Positions 9,010 to 17,925 of a DNA stretch of 64,000 nucleotides are shown here, piece after piece. The translations under genes and the position numbers were made by a program. The stretch is from assembly GCA_964478075.1 (NCBI GenBank), contig CAYZGO010000004.1:60492-124491 (forward strand), written 5' to 3'. The notes under the pieces were generated by a model, which was not told the origin of the DNA, did no database searches, and saw nothing but the letters and a program-made list of their open reading frames with translations. The DNA comes from an uncultured Anaerolineales bacterium. Its GTDB lineage: Bacteria; Chloroflexota; Anaerolineae; UBA2200. The number at the start of each line of letters is the position of its first letter. The stretch's first letter is position 1.

Positions 9010-9939
9010 ATGCACAGCGCTCAAGATTTGCACAAGGCAGTGATCCCCGTAGGTGGCTTAGGCACTCGTTTGTTGCCTGTTACCAAAGTACTGCCCAAGG
9101 AACTGCTGCCAGTTGGACGGCGCCCAATTGTACAGTACGTTGTGGAAGAAATGCGCGCAGCCGGTCTGGAGTGTATCTGCTTCGTCACGGGGCGCAAGAA
9201 AACGCTCATCCAGGAGCATTTTGACCATGATCCCGAGCTGGTGCGCCACTTGCAGGATCGTGGACGCGACGAGCTTTTGGCGGAACTGGCCTACCTGGAG
9301 TCCGGTCTGCACCTGACGTACATCCGTCAAAGTGGGCCCCAGGGCCTCGCTGATGCGTTGAGTCTAGCCGAGCACTTTGCCGGCGAGGAACCCTTCGTGG
9401 TGGCCTTGGGAGATTCCATTATCTACGAGCCCGAAATGGGGGCACTGCTGCGCAGGATGATGAAGGAGCACATAGAAAAGGACGCGGGAGCTACGATCGC
9501 AGTGGAAACCGTGCCGCTGGAAAAGGTGCGCCAGTATGGCATCGTGCACCCAGCAAAGGCTACGACGGCCAAGGATGATGTATTTGACGTTGATGACCTG
9601 GTCGAAAAGCCCAGGCCCCAGGACGCTCCCAGCAATCTGGCTATTGCCGCGCGCTTCGTCTTCAGTCCTGCAATCTTTTCTGCTATCCGCCACACGAGGC
9701 CAGGACAGGGAGGAGAGATGCACCTGACCGATGCCATTCGCATTCTACTCCGCCAGGGAGGCAAGGTACAGGCGGTGCGGCTCTCTCCAGGACAACGCCG
9801 ACATGACATTGGCAGTTTTGGCGGCTACTTCCGCGCCTTCCTGGAATTTGCCCTGATGGACCGCTACTTCGGAGACGAGGTGCGCGGCTATCTGGAAGAA
9901 GTGGCCGCACGGAAACATGAATGGGAAGATGACGAGTAG
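9010..9939 (+). CDS. galU: UTP--glucose-1-phosphate uridylyltransferase
   Basis: KAVIPVGGLGTRLLP...KELLPV signature. Start at the ATG (MHSAQD) behind a GAGGAAAGGAAG RBS. Confidence 0.85.
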   Translation: MHSAQDLHKAVIPVGGLGTRLLPVTKVLPKELLPVGRRPIVQYVVEEMRAAGLECICFVTGRKKTLIQEHFDHDPELVRHLQDRGRDELLAELAYLESGLHLTYIRQSGPQGLADALSLAEHFAGEEPFVVALGDSIIYEPEMGALLRRMMKEHIEKDAGATIAVETVPLEKVRQYGIVHPAKATTAKDDVFDVDDLVEKPRPQDAPSNLAIAARFVFSPAIFSAIRHTRPGQGGEMHLTDAIRILLRQGGKVQAVRLSPGQRRHDIGSFGGYFRAFLEFALMDRYFGDEVRGYLEEVAARKHEWEDDE

Positions 9940-9965
9940 CCGCGAGTTACGGGCAGGAGGAAGAT

Positions 9966-11072
9966 TTGACTGAGAAGGGCAACATCTGCGGTACTTCTGC
10001 GGATATCGCACAACAGTTGGCAGCGGCGATTGACGAGGTGTTCACGGTTGACCAAATCACTGCTGGCCTGCGCGATGGGCGAGCGATAAAGCTACAGGGA
10101 CAGCTTCTCACCGACTCGGAGCAGGCGTACGCTTACATAGCTGCGCGCTTCAAGGACTATGGCTACACACCGTTCTTGCGCCAACAAACTGGGCACGTGC
10201 TCGTTACCGCTATCCCTGTCGTCTTCACTGCTAAGCCAGCCGGGAATTATGGCGCCATCCTATTGTTCGCTCTGACTATCCTTTCGGTGCTGTTTGCCGG
10301 CACAGCAGCACAAGCCGCCGATCTGCAGTGGCTGCTCAGTCACCCCCTGGCCGGGTTGCCTTTCGCCGCCAGCCTTCTCGCCATCTTGACTGCACACGAA
10401 CTGGGACACTACTTCATGGCACGGCGGCTTGGCGTAGCGGTCAGCCTGCCCTATTTCATTCCCATGCCGCTGAGCCCCTTGGGCACCATGGGCGCCGTAA
10501 TCCGGATGCGAACTCCGACGCGCAACCGCCGCCAACTCCTGGCCATCGGTGCTGCTGGGCCCATAGCTGGCCTGATCGTTGCCATTCCCGTCCTCATCCT
10601 CGGCCTACTCCTCTCAGAAGTGCGGGTCATCCTCATGCAACCAGGAACCTGGATGGAGGGCAACTCCCTGCTGTATGCAGCGCTGAAATTGCTCGTGTTC
10701 GGGCAGTTTCTGCCCCACAATGGCTACGACGTCTTCCTGCATCCGGTGGCATTCGCAGCGTGGGCTGGGTTGCTGGTTACTGCATTCAATCTGATTCCTG
10801 CCGGACAGCTTGATGGAGGTCATATCGCCTATGCCCTCTTCGGAAAGAGTACGCGCTGGCTGAATCGTCTCGCTGTCCTGGTAGCTATGGCTCTGGGTCT
10901 TGCTTGGTCCGGCTGGTTCCTTTGGGCGGCCATTCTCCTCCTACTGGGCCAGCGCAGTGTACAGCCACTAGATGACGTCACTCCATTGACTGCTGGACAG
11001 AAAGCGCTCAGCGTTTGTATGCTGATCCTATTCGCTTTGCTGTTCACGCCCATACCCATGTCCATACTCTGA
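9966..11072 (+). CDS. site-2 protease family (peptidase M50) membrane metalloprotease
   Basis: HELGH zinc motif and NLIPAGQLDGGH third-ligand motif, multiple TMs. TTG start behind an AGGAGGA RBS. Confidence 0.8.
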   Translation: MTEKGNICGTSADIAQQLAAAIDEVFTVDQITAGLRDGRAIKLQGQLLTDSEQAYAYIAARFKDYGYTPFLRQQTGHVLVTAIPVVFTAKPAGNYGAILLFALTILSVLFAGTAAQAADLQWLLSHPLAGLPFAASLLAILTAHELGHYFMARRLGVAVSLPYFIPMPLSPLGTMGAVIRMRTPTRNRRQLLAIGAAGPIAGLIVAIPVLILGLLLSEVRVILMQPGTWMEGNSLLYAALKLLVFGQFLPHNGYDVFLHPVAFAAWAGLLVTAFNLIPAGQLDGGHIAYALFGKSTRWLNRLAVLVAMALGLAWSGWFLWAAILLLLGQRSVQPLDDVTPLTAGQKALSVCMLILFALLFTPIPMSIL

Positions 11073-11107
11073 CTGGTAACTGCCAACTGACAACTGCTAA
11101 CTGTCAA
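11073..11107 (+). repeat. heptanucleotide tandem repeat CTGGYAA x5 in the 5' leader of the CBM48 gene
   Basis: CTGGTAA CTGCCAA CTGACAA CTGCTAA CTGTCAA starts right after the M50 stop codon and ends 14 nt before the ATG at 11121. Same unit and orientation relative to the downstream gene as the tract at 19312-19427. Confidence 0.7.
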
Positions 11108-11120
11108 CAGGAGCATATGC

Positions 11121-11420
11121 ATGATCACGAAGACGACTTCCAACGACCCTGCTAAAGTCACCGTCAGATTCGAACTGCCATCGGCCATCTGGGCCGATTC
11201 AGTTCACCTGGTAGGAGAATTCAACGACTGGAGCGAAACCTCTCACCCGATGACACGCAACCGCCATAACGATACGTGGCACATCACGCTCGAACTTGAA
11301 CGGGGAAGAGAGTACCAGTTTCGATACCTGGTGAACGCCCATGAATGGCATAATGATTGGAAAGCAGATAAGTACGTGCCCAACCCCTTCGGAGGCACCA
11401 ACTCGGTCATTGTGACGTAA
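11121..11420 (+). CDS. small glycogen-binding (CBM48 / AMPK beta GBD-like, isoamylase N-terminal-like) domain protein
   Basis: 99 aa. Motif HLVGEFNDW...HPM...W...G.EYQFRYLV..W.ND resembles CBM48/E-set glycogen-binding domains. CAGGAG RBS. Confidence 0.55.
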   Translation: MITKTTSNDPAKVTVRFELPSAIWADSVHLVGEFNDWSETSHPMTRNRHNDTWHITLELERGREYQFRYLVNAHEWHNDWKADKYVPNPFGGTNSVIVT

Positions 11421-11538
11421 TGAATAAGGGAACGACCTCCAACCCACACAGAGAGTGTTACTGGGATTTCTTGCGTCGTCAGGAACGAGGAGTTTACTGG
11501 AGCATTGCTGAAACCTTGACTGGCTGGGTAGACACCGG

Positions 11539-13335
11539 ATGAGCACTATAGGCCGCTGGGCGGCACGCATCGCTGAATCCCTGTTCGACATCTTTGCCGC
11601 CATCACAGGCTTCTACTACTCCAAGAAGTATGCCGCCATCGTCAGGCGGCTGGGGCTGCGCCAGCAAGCGACGAGTGATGTAGAGCGCCCGGGACTGATC
11701 ATCATTCAAATAGACGGATTGGCTCACGATCATCTTGTGCAGGCTATGGAGAAGGGGTGCCTGCCGCACATCAAAAGGATGCTCAAGAGGGGCGACGTCG
11801 TCCTCTCTCCCTGGCGCTGCGGCCTCCCCAGCAGCACCCCTGCCTGCCAGGCCGGCATCATGTTCGGTGAAAACGACGACATCCCCGCCTTTCGCTGGTA
11901 TGACAAAGCACAGGGAACATCTGTGGTCTGCAAACTGCCCCGAATAGCAGCCTCTCTGCAAAGTCGCGTATCACGTGGAAAGACGGGCATCCTTACAGGC
12001 GGCTCGAGTTATGTGAATTTGTTCGATGGCGGCGCCACCCGCTCCCTGTTCACTCTCAGCGCCTTGCACCCCCGACGCTTTTTCGAAGGCGTACGAGGGC
12101 TCGGGTTCATAGTCCTCTTCTTGCTCAACCCCTTTCGCACACTGCGGGTTATCTACCTGGCAATGAAGGAATACGTCACTGATGGCCTGCAGAGGCTGTC
12201 CTTACGTGTGAAGGGCCAGTCACACCTGCCTTTCATTGGCATCTTCCCCCTGCTGCGCATATTCAGCAACGTCATCTTCCGCGACATAGAGACGTTCGCC
12301 GTGCTGGTGGACATCTATCTAAGCGTGCCCGCCATCTACGCTACGTACTATGGCTACGACGAGATGGCTCATCACTTTGGCGTAGATTCAATAGCTGCCC
12401 GCCAGGCCCTGCGCGGCATTGATAGTTGTATAGGGCAGATAGATCGCCTGAGGCGTGCCAACCTCAGCCGCGCTTATACGCTCTGTCTCCTCGGCGATCA
12501 CGGCCTCACACCGTCCCAACCCTTCATTGACAGCTACGGGCAGAGCCTCGGGCAGTACATCGCAGAGCAACTCGGTGACAGCGTTTTCCTCGTGGAACAC
12601 GCGGGCGGAGAACAGCAATACCTTTTCCAGACTCGCTTTCTGCTGGACGAATTGAAAGCCATCGAAAACAACCTCCCGCCAGCAGCATCAAAGGTAGCAC
12701 GCCGGATTCGGATACTGGTGCGGCGACGACTGGCGCTCAACAACGAACTGCCCGAATGGAACGTGCACCGGCAGTACGACGTGGTGGTCAAGAATTCCGG
12801 CTCGCTGGCGCACGTTTATTTCAACATCACCACCCGCCGCATGGATTTGAGCGAGATTTCCGCTGCATTCCCTGGGCTGGTCATCAAGCTGCTGGCCCAC
12901 GAAGGCATTTGGCTGGTTGTGGCGCGTGAGGGGCAGCAAACACTGATCATGGCCCGTGACGGCATCCTGACCCTCGACGCTGAGGCTCAGGCCCACGTGG
13001 AAGGTAAGAATCCCCTTCTGAGACTGCCAGAGCCGTGGCAGGCTGCAGAACAGATACGTCGTGTTGCCTCTTTTACCCAGAGCGGCGACCTGATGCTTTT
13101 GGGCACCTACGAGCCAGAGGAGGATACGGTCATCTGCTTTGAAAGGCAGTGGGCCTCGCATGGTGGCCTTGGCGGCCCACAGGATTATCCCTTCATCCTC
13201 TATCCACGTCACCTGAAGTGGGATCTGTCCCACGTGCATAACTCACGCGATCTGTACCCCCTCTTTGTCAGCCAACGGGCCTTCGACCCCAGAGAAGAAG
13301 AACAAACCGGAGAGCAAGCATGCGTATCGAGTTAG
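11539..13335 (+). CDS. alkaline phosphatase superfamily protein (type I phosphodiesterase / nucleotide pyrophosphatase-like)
   Basis: IIQIDGLAHD metal-binding start, TPACQAGIMFG nucleophile region, GDHG later. 598 aa. Confidence 0.65.
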   Translation: MSTIGRWAARIAESLFDIFAAITGFYYSKKYAAIVRRLGLRQQATSDVERPGLIIIQIDGLAHDHLVQAMEKGCLPHIKRMLKRGDVVLSPWRCGLPSSTPACQAGIMFGENDDIPAFRWYDKAQGTSVVCKLPRIAASLQSRVSRGKTGILTGGSSYVNLFDGGATRSLFTLSALHPRRFFEGVRGLGFIVLFLLNPFRTLRVIYLAMKEYVTDGLQRLSLRVKGQSHLPFIGIFPLLRIFSNVIFRDIETFAVLVDIYLSVPAIYATYYGYDEMAHHFGVDSIAARQALRGIDSCIGQIDRLRRANLSRAYTLCLLGDHGLTPSQPFIDSYGQSLGQYIAEQLGDSVFLVEHAGGEQQYLFQTRFLLDELKAIENNLPPAASKVARRIRILVRRRLALNNELPEWNVHRQYDVVVKNSGSLAHVYFNITTRRMDLSEISAAFPGLVIKLLAHEGIWLVVAREGQQTLIMARDGILTLDAEAQAHVEGKNPLLRLPEPWQAAEQIRRVASFTQSGDLMLLGTYEPEEDTVICFERQWASHGGLGGPQDYPFILYPRHLKWDLSHVHNSRDLYPLFVSQRAFDPREEEQTGEQACVSS

Positions 13336-13769
13336 AACCCATAGGCGTGGCGAGAAACGAATTCGAGGAAGCAGTGCCCCACGGCTGGAGAACTGCTCTG
13401 TCTCGCATCATCGTCGCTGAGAAATGGGCACCGGCATTGGATGGCCTGGAGGAGTTCTCACACCTGAGCATTCTCTTCTGGCTGCACCGCATGCGGCGTA
13501 AAGTGTCACTGCACATTCACCCGCAAGGGCGCCATGACCTGCCGCTTGTGGGGCTGTTCGCTACTCGTACACCCGTGCGTCCCAATCCCATCGGGTTGCA
13601 GATCGTAGAGTTCGTATCCAGAGAGAAAAACGTGCTTACCGTACGCGGCCTCGACGCGCTCAACGAGAGCCCCGTTCTGGACATCAAGCCCTATCTTCCG
13701 CGAGGTGAGTGCATTGCCGAGCCTGCCATCCCTGCCTGGCTGAAGAAGCTGTGGTCAGAGGACAAATGA
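13320..13769 (+). CDS. tsaA: tRNA (N6-threonylcarbamoyladenosine37) methyltransferase TsaA/TrmO-like (YaeB family)
   Basis: LEGFSHL..LFW and NPIGL motifs typical of the YaeB/TrmO fold. 16-nt overlap with the upstream gene. Confidence 0.7.
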   Translation: MRIELEPIGVARNEFEEAVPHGWRTALSRIIVAEKWAPALDGLEEFSHLSILFWLHRMRRKVSLHIHPQGRHDLPLVGLFATRTPVRPNPIGLQIVEFVSREKNVLTVRGLDALNESPVLDIKPYLPRGECIAEPAIPAWLKKLWSEDK

Positions 13770-13789
13770 ACGCTGGTAGCCGGGCAGGG

Positions 13790-15244
13790 CTAGGCTGAGC
13801 ACTGGCGCAGGAACTCGAGAGCCTCTTTTGTAGTGCGTACCTGCCCTTCAGCCTGCGCTTCGCGCACCTCCTCCAGAAGCCGCCCCACTTCAGGCCCTGG
13901 CTGCAGGCCTAACAGCGTCATTACGTCGCGGCCGCTCACCAGCGGCGATGGGGCCACTGCCACGTGCGCCTTCCGGAAATAGTTGTCCAGCATCAGGCTG
14001 GTCAGTTCCAGATGCCGCCGCCAGTGGTCCTCAAGAGATGCTGCTCCCTGGGCAGCCCGATAGCCGGCTAGGGAGAGTATGAGCACATCTATGCCCGCGT
14101 CGCCGGTGTCACGAAAGAAGCGATAGATGTGCCTCCCGGTGACTGGCGGCCCTTGAACCAGGAGCCCCGGTCGCGTGTGCTGAGCAACGACTGTGCTTAC
14201 CAGGCGGATCTCCCGCGCGGCGAAACGGAGCCGGGTGAGCACCTGCGTGGCGATTTCTGCGCTGAGTCGCTCATACCCGAGAAAGCGTGCGCCCCCATCG
14301 GCCTCCCCTGTGCTGGTCTCCGACCTACCGGCCCCGTGCAGCATGGCAGCAAACTTGAGTAGAGTGGAGCGCCTGCGCTTTTCGCAAATCGTCTCGCTAA
14401 AATGCGCCGCCAGATCAGCGGCGAATGGCCCCAGCGAGTGTGCCTCATCCGGGCCGAGTTGCGCATCCGGGAATGCGCTCAGCCGCTCAACTTCGGCGAT
14501 TGTGGCCAGTGTGTGCTCGTAGACGTCAGCGGCACGTGAATCAGGCTGAGGAAGGCCTTTGAGAGATGCCAATTCGGGGATGACGCCGCGCATCAGACCC
14601 AGGTCATCCATGCGCCGCAAATGATCTGCCGCTCCTGGTGAAGCCACTATGAGTGCCAGTTCCTGTCTTATCCGCTCTGCTGAAGGCTGCGTGACCAGAG
14701 GCGCATCGCGCCGTATCCACGACTCTGTGTGCGGTTCAATGCTCAGGTTCAGAGTCGCGACAAAACGCAGCGCGCGCAGCAGCCGCACCGGATCTTGCTG
14801 AAAAGCATGCTCGCTCGTAGCCCGCAGAATGCGGGCCTCCAAGTCGCCCCGTCCACGACAGGGGTCAAGTATCTGGGGCTCGGGCTCATACCATTCGCGC
14901 ACATCTACGGCCATAGCGTTGATTGTGAAATCACGCGCTCTCAGGTCAGCAATAACGTCCACGCCCCGCATCGCCGCAAAGTCAACGGTCAAATCATGGG
15001 GCCGAGGATAGACAATTCGGGCCGCGTCCGTTTGTTCATCCAGGACGTAAAACGCCCCTTCAGTGTCGTCGGCGACGCGACGTGCGAGAGGCACAGCAGC
15101 ACCATCAACCGCAAAATCCACGTCCCTGCCTGGCTGCTTCAGGAGGCGCTCGCGCACATAGCCGCCAGCGACGTAGCATGGCTGCGCTTCGCTGCACAGC
15201 AGGCCAATGATGCGCTTCAGCAAATCATTCCCGCTCAGGTCCAT
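13790..15244 (-). CDS. cca: CCA tRNA nucleotidyltransferase (poly(A) polymerase head domain plus HD domain)
   Basis: GGxVRD (AGGYVRERLL) nucleotidyltransferase motif, then a long helical and HD-like C-terminal part. 484 aa. Confidence 0.75.
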   Translation of the reverse strand: MDLSGNDLLKRIIGLLCSEAQPCYVAGGYVRERLLKQPGRDVDFAVDGAAVPLARRVADDTEGAFYVLDEQTDAARIVYPRPHDLTVDFAAMRGVDVIADLRARDFTINAMAVDVREWYEPEPQILDPCRGRGDLEARILRATSEHAFQQDPVRLLRALRFVATLNLSIEPHTESWIRRDAPLVTQPSAERIRQELALIVASPGAADHLRRMDDLGLMRGVIPELASLKGLPQPDSRAADVYEHTLATIAEVERLSAFPDAQLGPDEAHSLGPFAADLAAHFSETICEKRRRSTLLKFAAMLHGAGRSETSTGEADGGARFLGYERLSAEIATQVLTRLRFAAREIRLVSTVVAQHTRPGLLVQGPPVTGRHIYRFFRDTGDAGIDVLILSLAGYRAAQGAASLEDHWRRHLELTSLMLDNYFRKAHVAVAPSPLVSGRDVMTLLGLQPGPEVGRLLEEVREAQAEGQVRTTKEALEFLRQCSA

Positions 15245-15255
15245 GCCACTCGACC

Positions 15256-15852
15256 TCAGTTCCTGTCCTGGCGGAGGGCCAGATGCTGCAAGGCAATAAT
15301 CGTCGTTCCGTTCTTAATCAAACCCTGGCGCACCAGGCGCAATGCTTCGTCAAGCGGCATCTCGACCACGCGGATGTCCTCACTCTCTTGTGAGCTCCCT
15401 CCACCAGCCCCTACCCAGGCTGCAGCAGATACGTATCCAAGATACAGATGTATGCGCTCGGAAGATGCTCCCGGGCTGGGGTAGAACGTGGTCACGTACT
15501 CCAGTTCCTCCAGGGAGTAGCCAGCCTCCTCGACCAACTCGGCCCGAGCGACTGCGTCTGGACTGCGACCCCGGTCCACGATGCCAGCCACGACTTCCAG
15601 CAGCCAGCCATCATCCTCCTCGCGCACATACGCCGGGTAGCGGAACTGTTCCACAAGTATCACCGTGTCCTGGCCCCGATCGTACAGCACGACGCCAACT
15701 GAGTCCCCGCGTTCGAAGACGAGGCGAGTGACTTCATTGCTCATGCGCCCGTCAAACTTTTCATAGCGCAGCACAGCCTTGTCCAGCTTGAAAATGCCGT
15801 CGTACTCGCGATGCCGTCCCTTTACTTCCACGCGCATGACCATTGTCTCCAC
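15256..15852 (-). CDS. NUDIX hydrolase
   Basis: Nudix box GIVDRGRSPDAVARAELVEEAGY (GX5EX7REUXEEXGU pattern). Confidence 0.75.
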   Translation of the reverse strand: METMVMRVEVKGRHREYDGIFKLDKAVLRYEKFDGRMSNEVTRLVFERGDSVGVVLYDRGQDTVILVEQFRYPAYVREEDDGWLLEVVAGIVDRGRSPDAVARAELVEEAGYSLEELEYVTTFYPSPGASSERIHLYLGYVSAAAWVGAGGGSSQESEDIRVVEMPLDEALRLVRQGLIKNGTTIIALQHLALRQDRN

Positions 15853-15878
15853 AGTATCTTGGCGGGTTTGACGTTGCC

Positions 15879-15938
15879 AGAAACCCGTTTTCCCGTGGCA
15901 CTGCCCGCCAGGGCATATGTGACAGAAAACGGGTTTCT
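15879..15938. repeat. hairpin AGAAACCCGTTTTC - 32 nt - GAAAACGGGTTTCT (copy 1 of a two-member family)
   Basis: Perfect 14-bp stem. Lies between the start of the NUDIX gene and the end of the oxidoreductase gamma gene. Related copy at 21228-21311. Confidence 0.6.
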
Positions 15939-15953
15939 AGACTATTGCTCTCG

Positions 15954-16496
15954 TTACACCTTCAGAGTCTCTGCCACTTCCAGCCCAGCACGCAGAGCTT
16001 TCAGATTCAGCTCCTGGGTACCTCTGGGAGCACGCGCTGCCACTGCCGCTTCAATTGCCTGTCGGGAGACCACGCCCGTAAGGCCGACGATCAAGCCCAG
16101 AGCGACCACGTTCGCCGCGATGCGCCTGCCTGTGGCTTCCTCTGCGATTCTGGTAATAGGAATGCGATAAGCGCGTGTGGTCGGCACGCGGTCTACATTG
16201 ACCGCATCCACGATCAGGATGCCGTCCTTCTTCAGATCGCAGAAGTACTTATCGCACGCTTCCTGGCTCATGGCCAACAATAGGTCAGCCTCGATGAGCT
16301 TGGGGTAATCTATCTCCCCGTCGCTGATAACCACTTCCGACTTGCTGGCACCGCCACGCGCCTCAGCCCCGTAGGACTGCGTTTGAGCAGCATTCTTGCC
16401 GTCGTACGTTGCGGCGGCCTCGGCCAGGATCACGCCTGCCAGAATCAAGCCCTGACCTCCCTCACCGGCCAGCCGAATCTCGTACCTTGTGCTCAT
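15954..16496 (-). CDS. 2-oxoacid:ferredoxin oxidoreductase gamma subunit (pyruvate/2-ketoisovalerate Fd-oxidoreductase family)
   Basis: IRLAGEGGQGLILAG...TQSYGAEARGG motif of the gamma subunit. No alpha or beta genes are adjacent. Confidence 0.7.
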   Translation of the reverse strand: MSTRYEIRLAGEGGQGLILAGVILAEAAATYDGKNAAQTQSYGAEARGGASKSEVVISDGEIDYPKLIEADLLLAMSQEACDKYFCDLKKDGILIVDAVNVDRVPTTRAYRIPITRIAEEATGRRIAANVVALGLIVGLTGVVSRQAIEAAVAARAPRGTQELNLKALRAGLEVAETLKV

Positions 16497-16595
16497 CCTT
16501 CCTCAAATGCATTCATAGTGTAGGGGCTTGTCCCCCGTTCCAAACGCCCATCAAGGGCCAAGCCCTACTCGGCTCTTTGCAGATTAGTGAAGAAA

Positions 16596-16668
16596 TGCTC
16601 AAAGGGGACAATAGTCCCCGTCCCTAGTCAGTGCGCTTCGTCGGTCACGTGCGTGGCGTACCACGCGG
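16596..16668 (-). ncRNA. sRNA/terminator-like element copy A (GGGGAC-loop-GTCCCC hairpin plus conserved upstream 50 nt on minus strand), candidate
   Basis: About 85% identical to 37911-37983. On the minus strand it ends in a GGGGACUAUUGUCCCC hairpin followed by UUUGAGCAUUUC, which is intrinsic-terminator-like. Confidence 0.3.
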
Positions 16669-16772
16669 ACTGTCGTCCGCTTAGAGCCCATGCCAGTTGC
16701 TTGGGAGGGGGCAAGACAGTGTTTCACGGCCAGAGTAGCCAGTGTACACCAAGCGTGTATTCGCTCAAAGTC

Positions 16773-17471
16773 CTAGGCGCTGGTTTCCTCAGCGGCTTGG
16801 TAATTCGAAACCGTCCTTAGGCACAATTCCTGCTCCAGGATATGATCTTCCTGACGTGCCAACGCCTCGCTCAGACCAGCCCCCGCTTGCTCGACTGTTT
16901 CTCTGGAGTCGTACAGTTCGCTCTGCGCCTGCTGCTTGACACCCATCCACTGGCGATGAAAACTCCTGGCGACAAAGACCAGCGCAATGGCGATGACGAG
17001 GCCCACATACCATTCCACGTTCTCCAGAACGAAGAACACAAAGAGCCAGGCCACAAGCCCCAGCAGGCCTCCGGCATAAGTCTGGTTTTGCGCAGGTGAG
17101 ATTGCCCTCTGACATTCTCTTTTCAGTTCCTGGTGTGCCGAGATAGCCTCCTCGAGTTGTTCACGCTTTGCCTCCACTTCTTGCTCTACGTCAGCGATAG
17201 CTCTCTCGAGGTAGGTCAGGCGTCTCTCTGCGGCCTCAAACGAAGCGCCGTCCACCTCCATTGCCAGGATTGACTCGAATCCCGTGAGCTGCGGTGCATC
17301 AGGATCTGGCCAATCAATGACAAACTTTGAGCCACAGTGCTCGCAGCGGCAGTGTCCCTGATCGGCGGCTATGGTCATGGGGGCGGAACATTGAGGGCAA
17401 TTCACCGGCTGTAGCGTCACCTTGACGGCCACCTTTCCACTACCTTCAGGGTCTGGAGAAGCTACGACCAT
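16773..17471 (-). CDS. hypothetical protein: N-terminal double CxxC zinc ribbon, coiled coil, one TM helix
   Basis: CPQC...CRCEHC, then a coiled coil and the hydrophobic LLGLVAWLFVFFVL. GGAGGGAGAA RBS. A consensus promoter lies about 110 nt upstream. Confidence 0.5.
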   Translation of the reverse strand: MVVASPDPEGSGKVAVKVTLQPVNCPQCSAPMTIAADQGHCRCEHCGSKFVIDWPDPDAPQLTGFESILAMEVDGASFEAAERRLTYLERAIADVEQEVEAKREQLEEAISAHQELKRECQRAISPAQNQTYAGGLLGLVAWLFVFFVLENVEWYVGLVIAIALVFVARSFHRQWMGVKQQAQSELYDSRETVEQAGAGLSEALARQEDHILEQELCLRTVSNYQAAEETSA

Positions 17472-17581
17472 TTCTCCCTCCTTTTCTCCCTGGCGCTCCT
17501 AAGGGCCTCATTAATCGCAGCGGACTCTGCGCGCGCTCCCATCCCCCTTGGCTCACATAGGTCTACCATCTACCCGACAGT

Positions 17582-17610
17582 ATTGTAGCGTAAACGCCTG
17601 TATATGTCAA
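17582..17610 (-). promoter_or_regulatory. near-consensus sigma70 promoter (TTGACA - 17 - TACAAT) reading on the minus strand toward the 17471 gene
   Basis: Minus-strand read: cTTGACAtatacaggcgtttacgcTACAATa. 6/6 match at -35, 17-nt spacer, 5/6 at -10. Confidence 0.55.
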
Positions 17611-17877
17611 GAACCTGACCTACTGGATCTACCCAAGCTGCCCATGAGTCATTTGGTTCACAACTGGAGATGGAAACCGTATTCGCACCACCATGTAGCC
17701 TAGCCCTTTACGGTTCGTGCCGCCTGATCGTTCATCCTCGCGTACCATCTTCCCCGTCAGGGTGTCTCCTTTGTCTCTCGACACCTTTGTCACGTCTGAC
17801 AAAGACGTGGAAGACGAGAGGTCGCCCCCCTGCGGGGCCCTTCGGCGGCGTCGCTCGCCTCAGTCTCTGTCGTTCCC

Positions 17878-17925
17878 CGTTTACGCCTTCCGTTTACGCC
17901 TCTGGCGTAAACGGAAGGCGTAAAG
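17878..17925. repeat. 21-bp near-perfect palindrome (CGTTTACGCCTTCCGTTTACGCC tctg GCGTAAACGGAAGGCGTAAAG) inside an 825-bp non-coding gap
   Basis: 20/21 complementary arms with a 4-nt loop. Flanking sequence carries further, less perfect inverted repeats. Confidence 0.6.
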
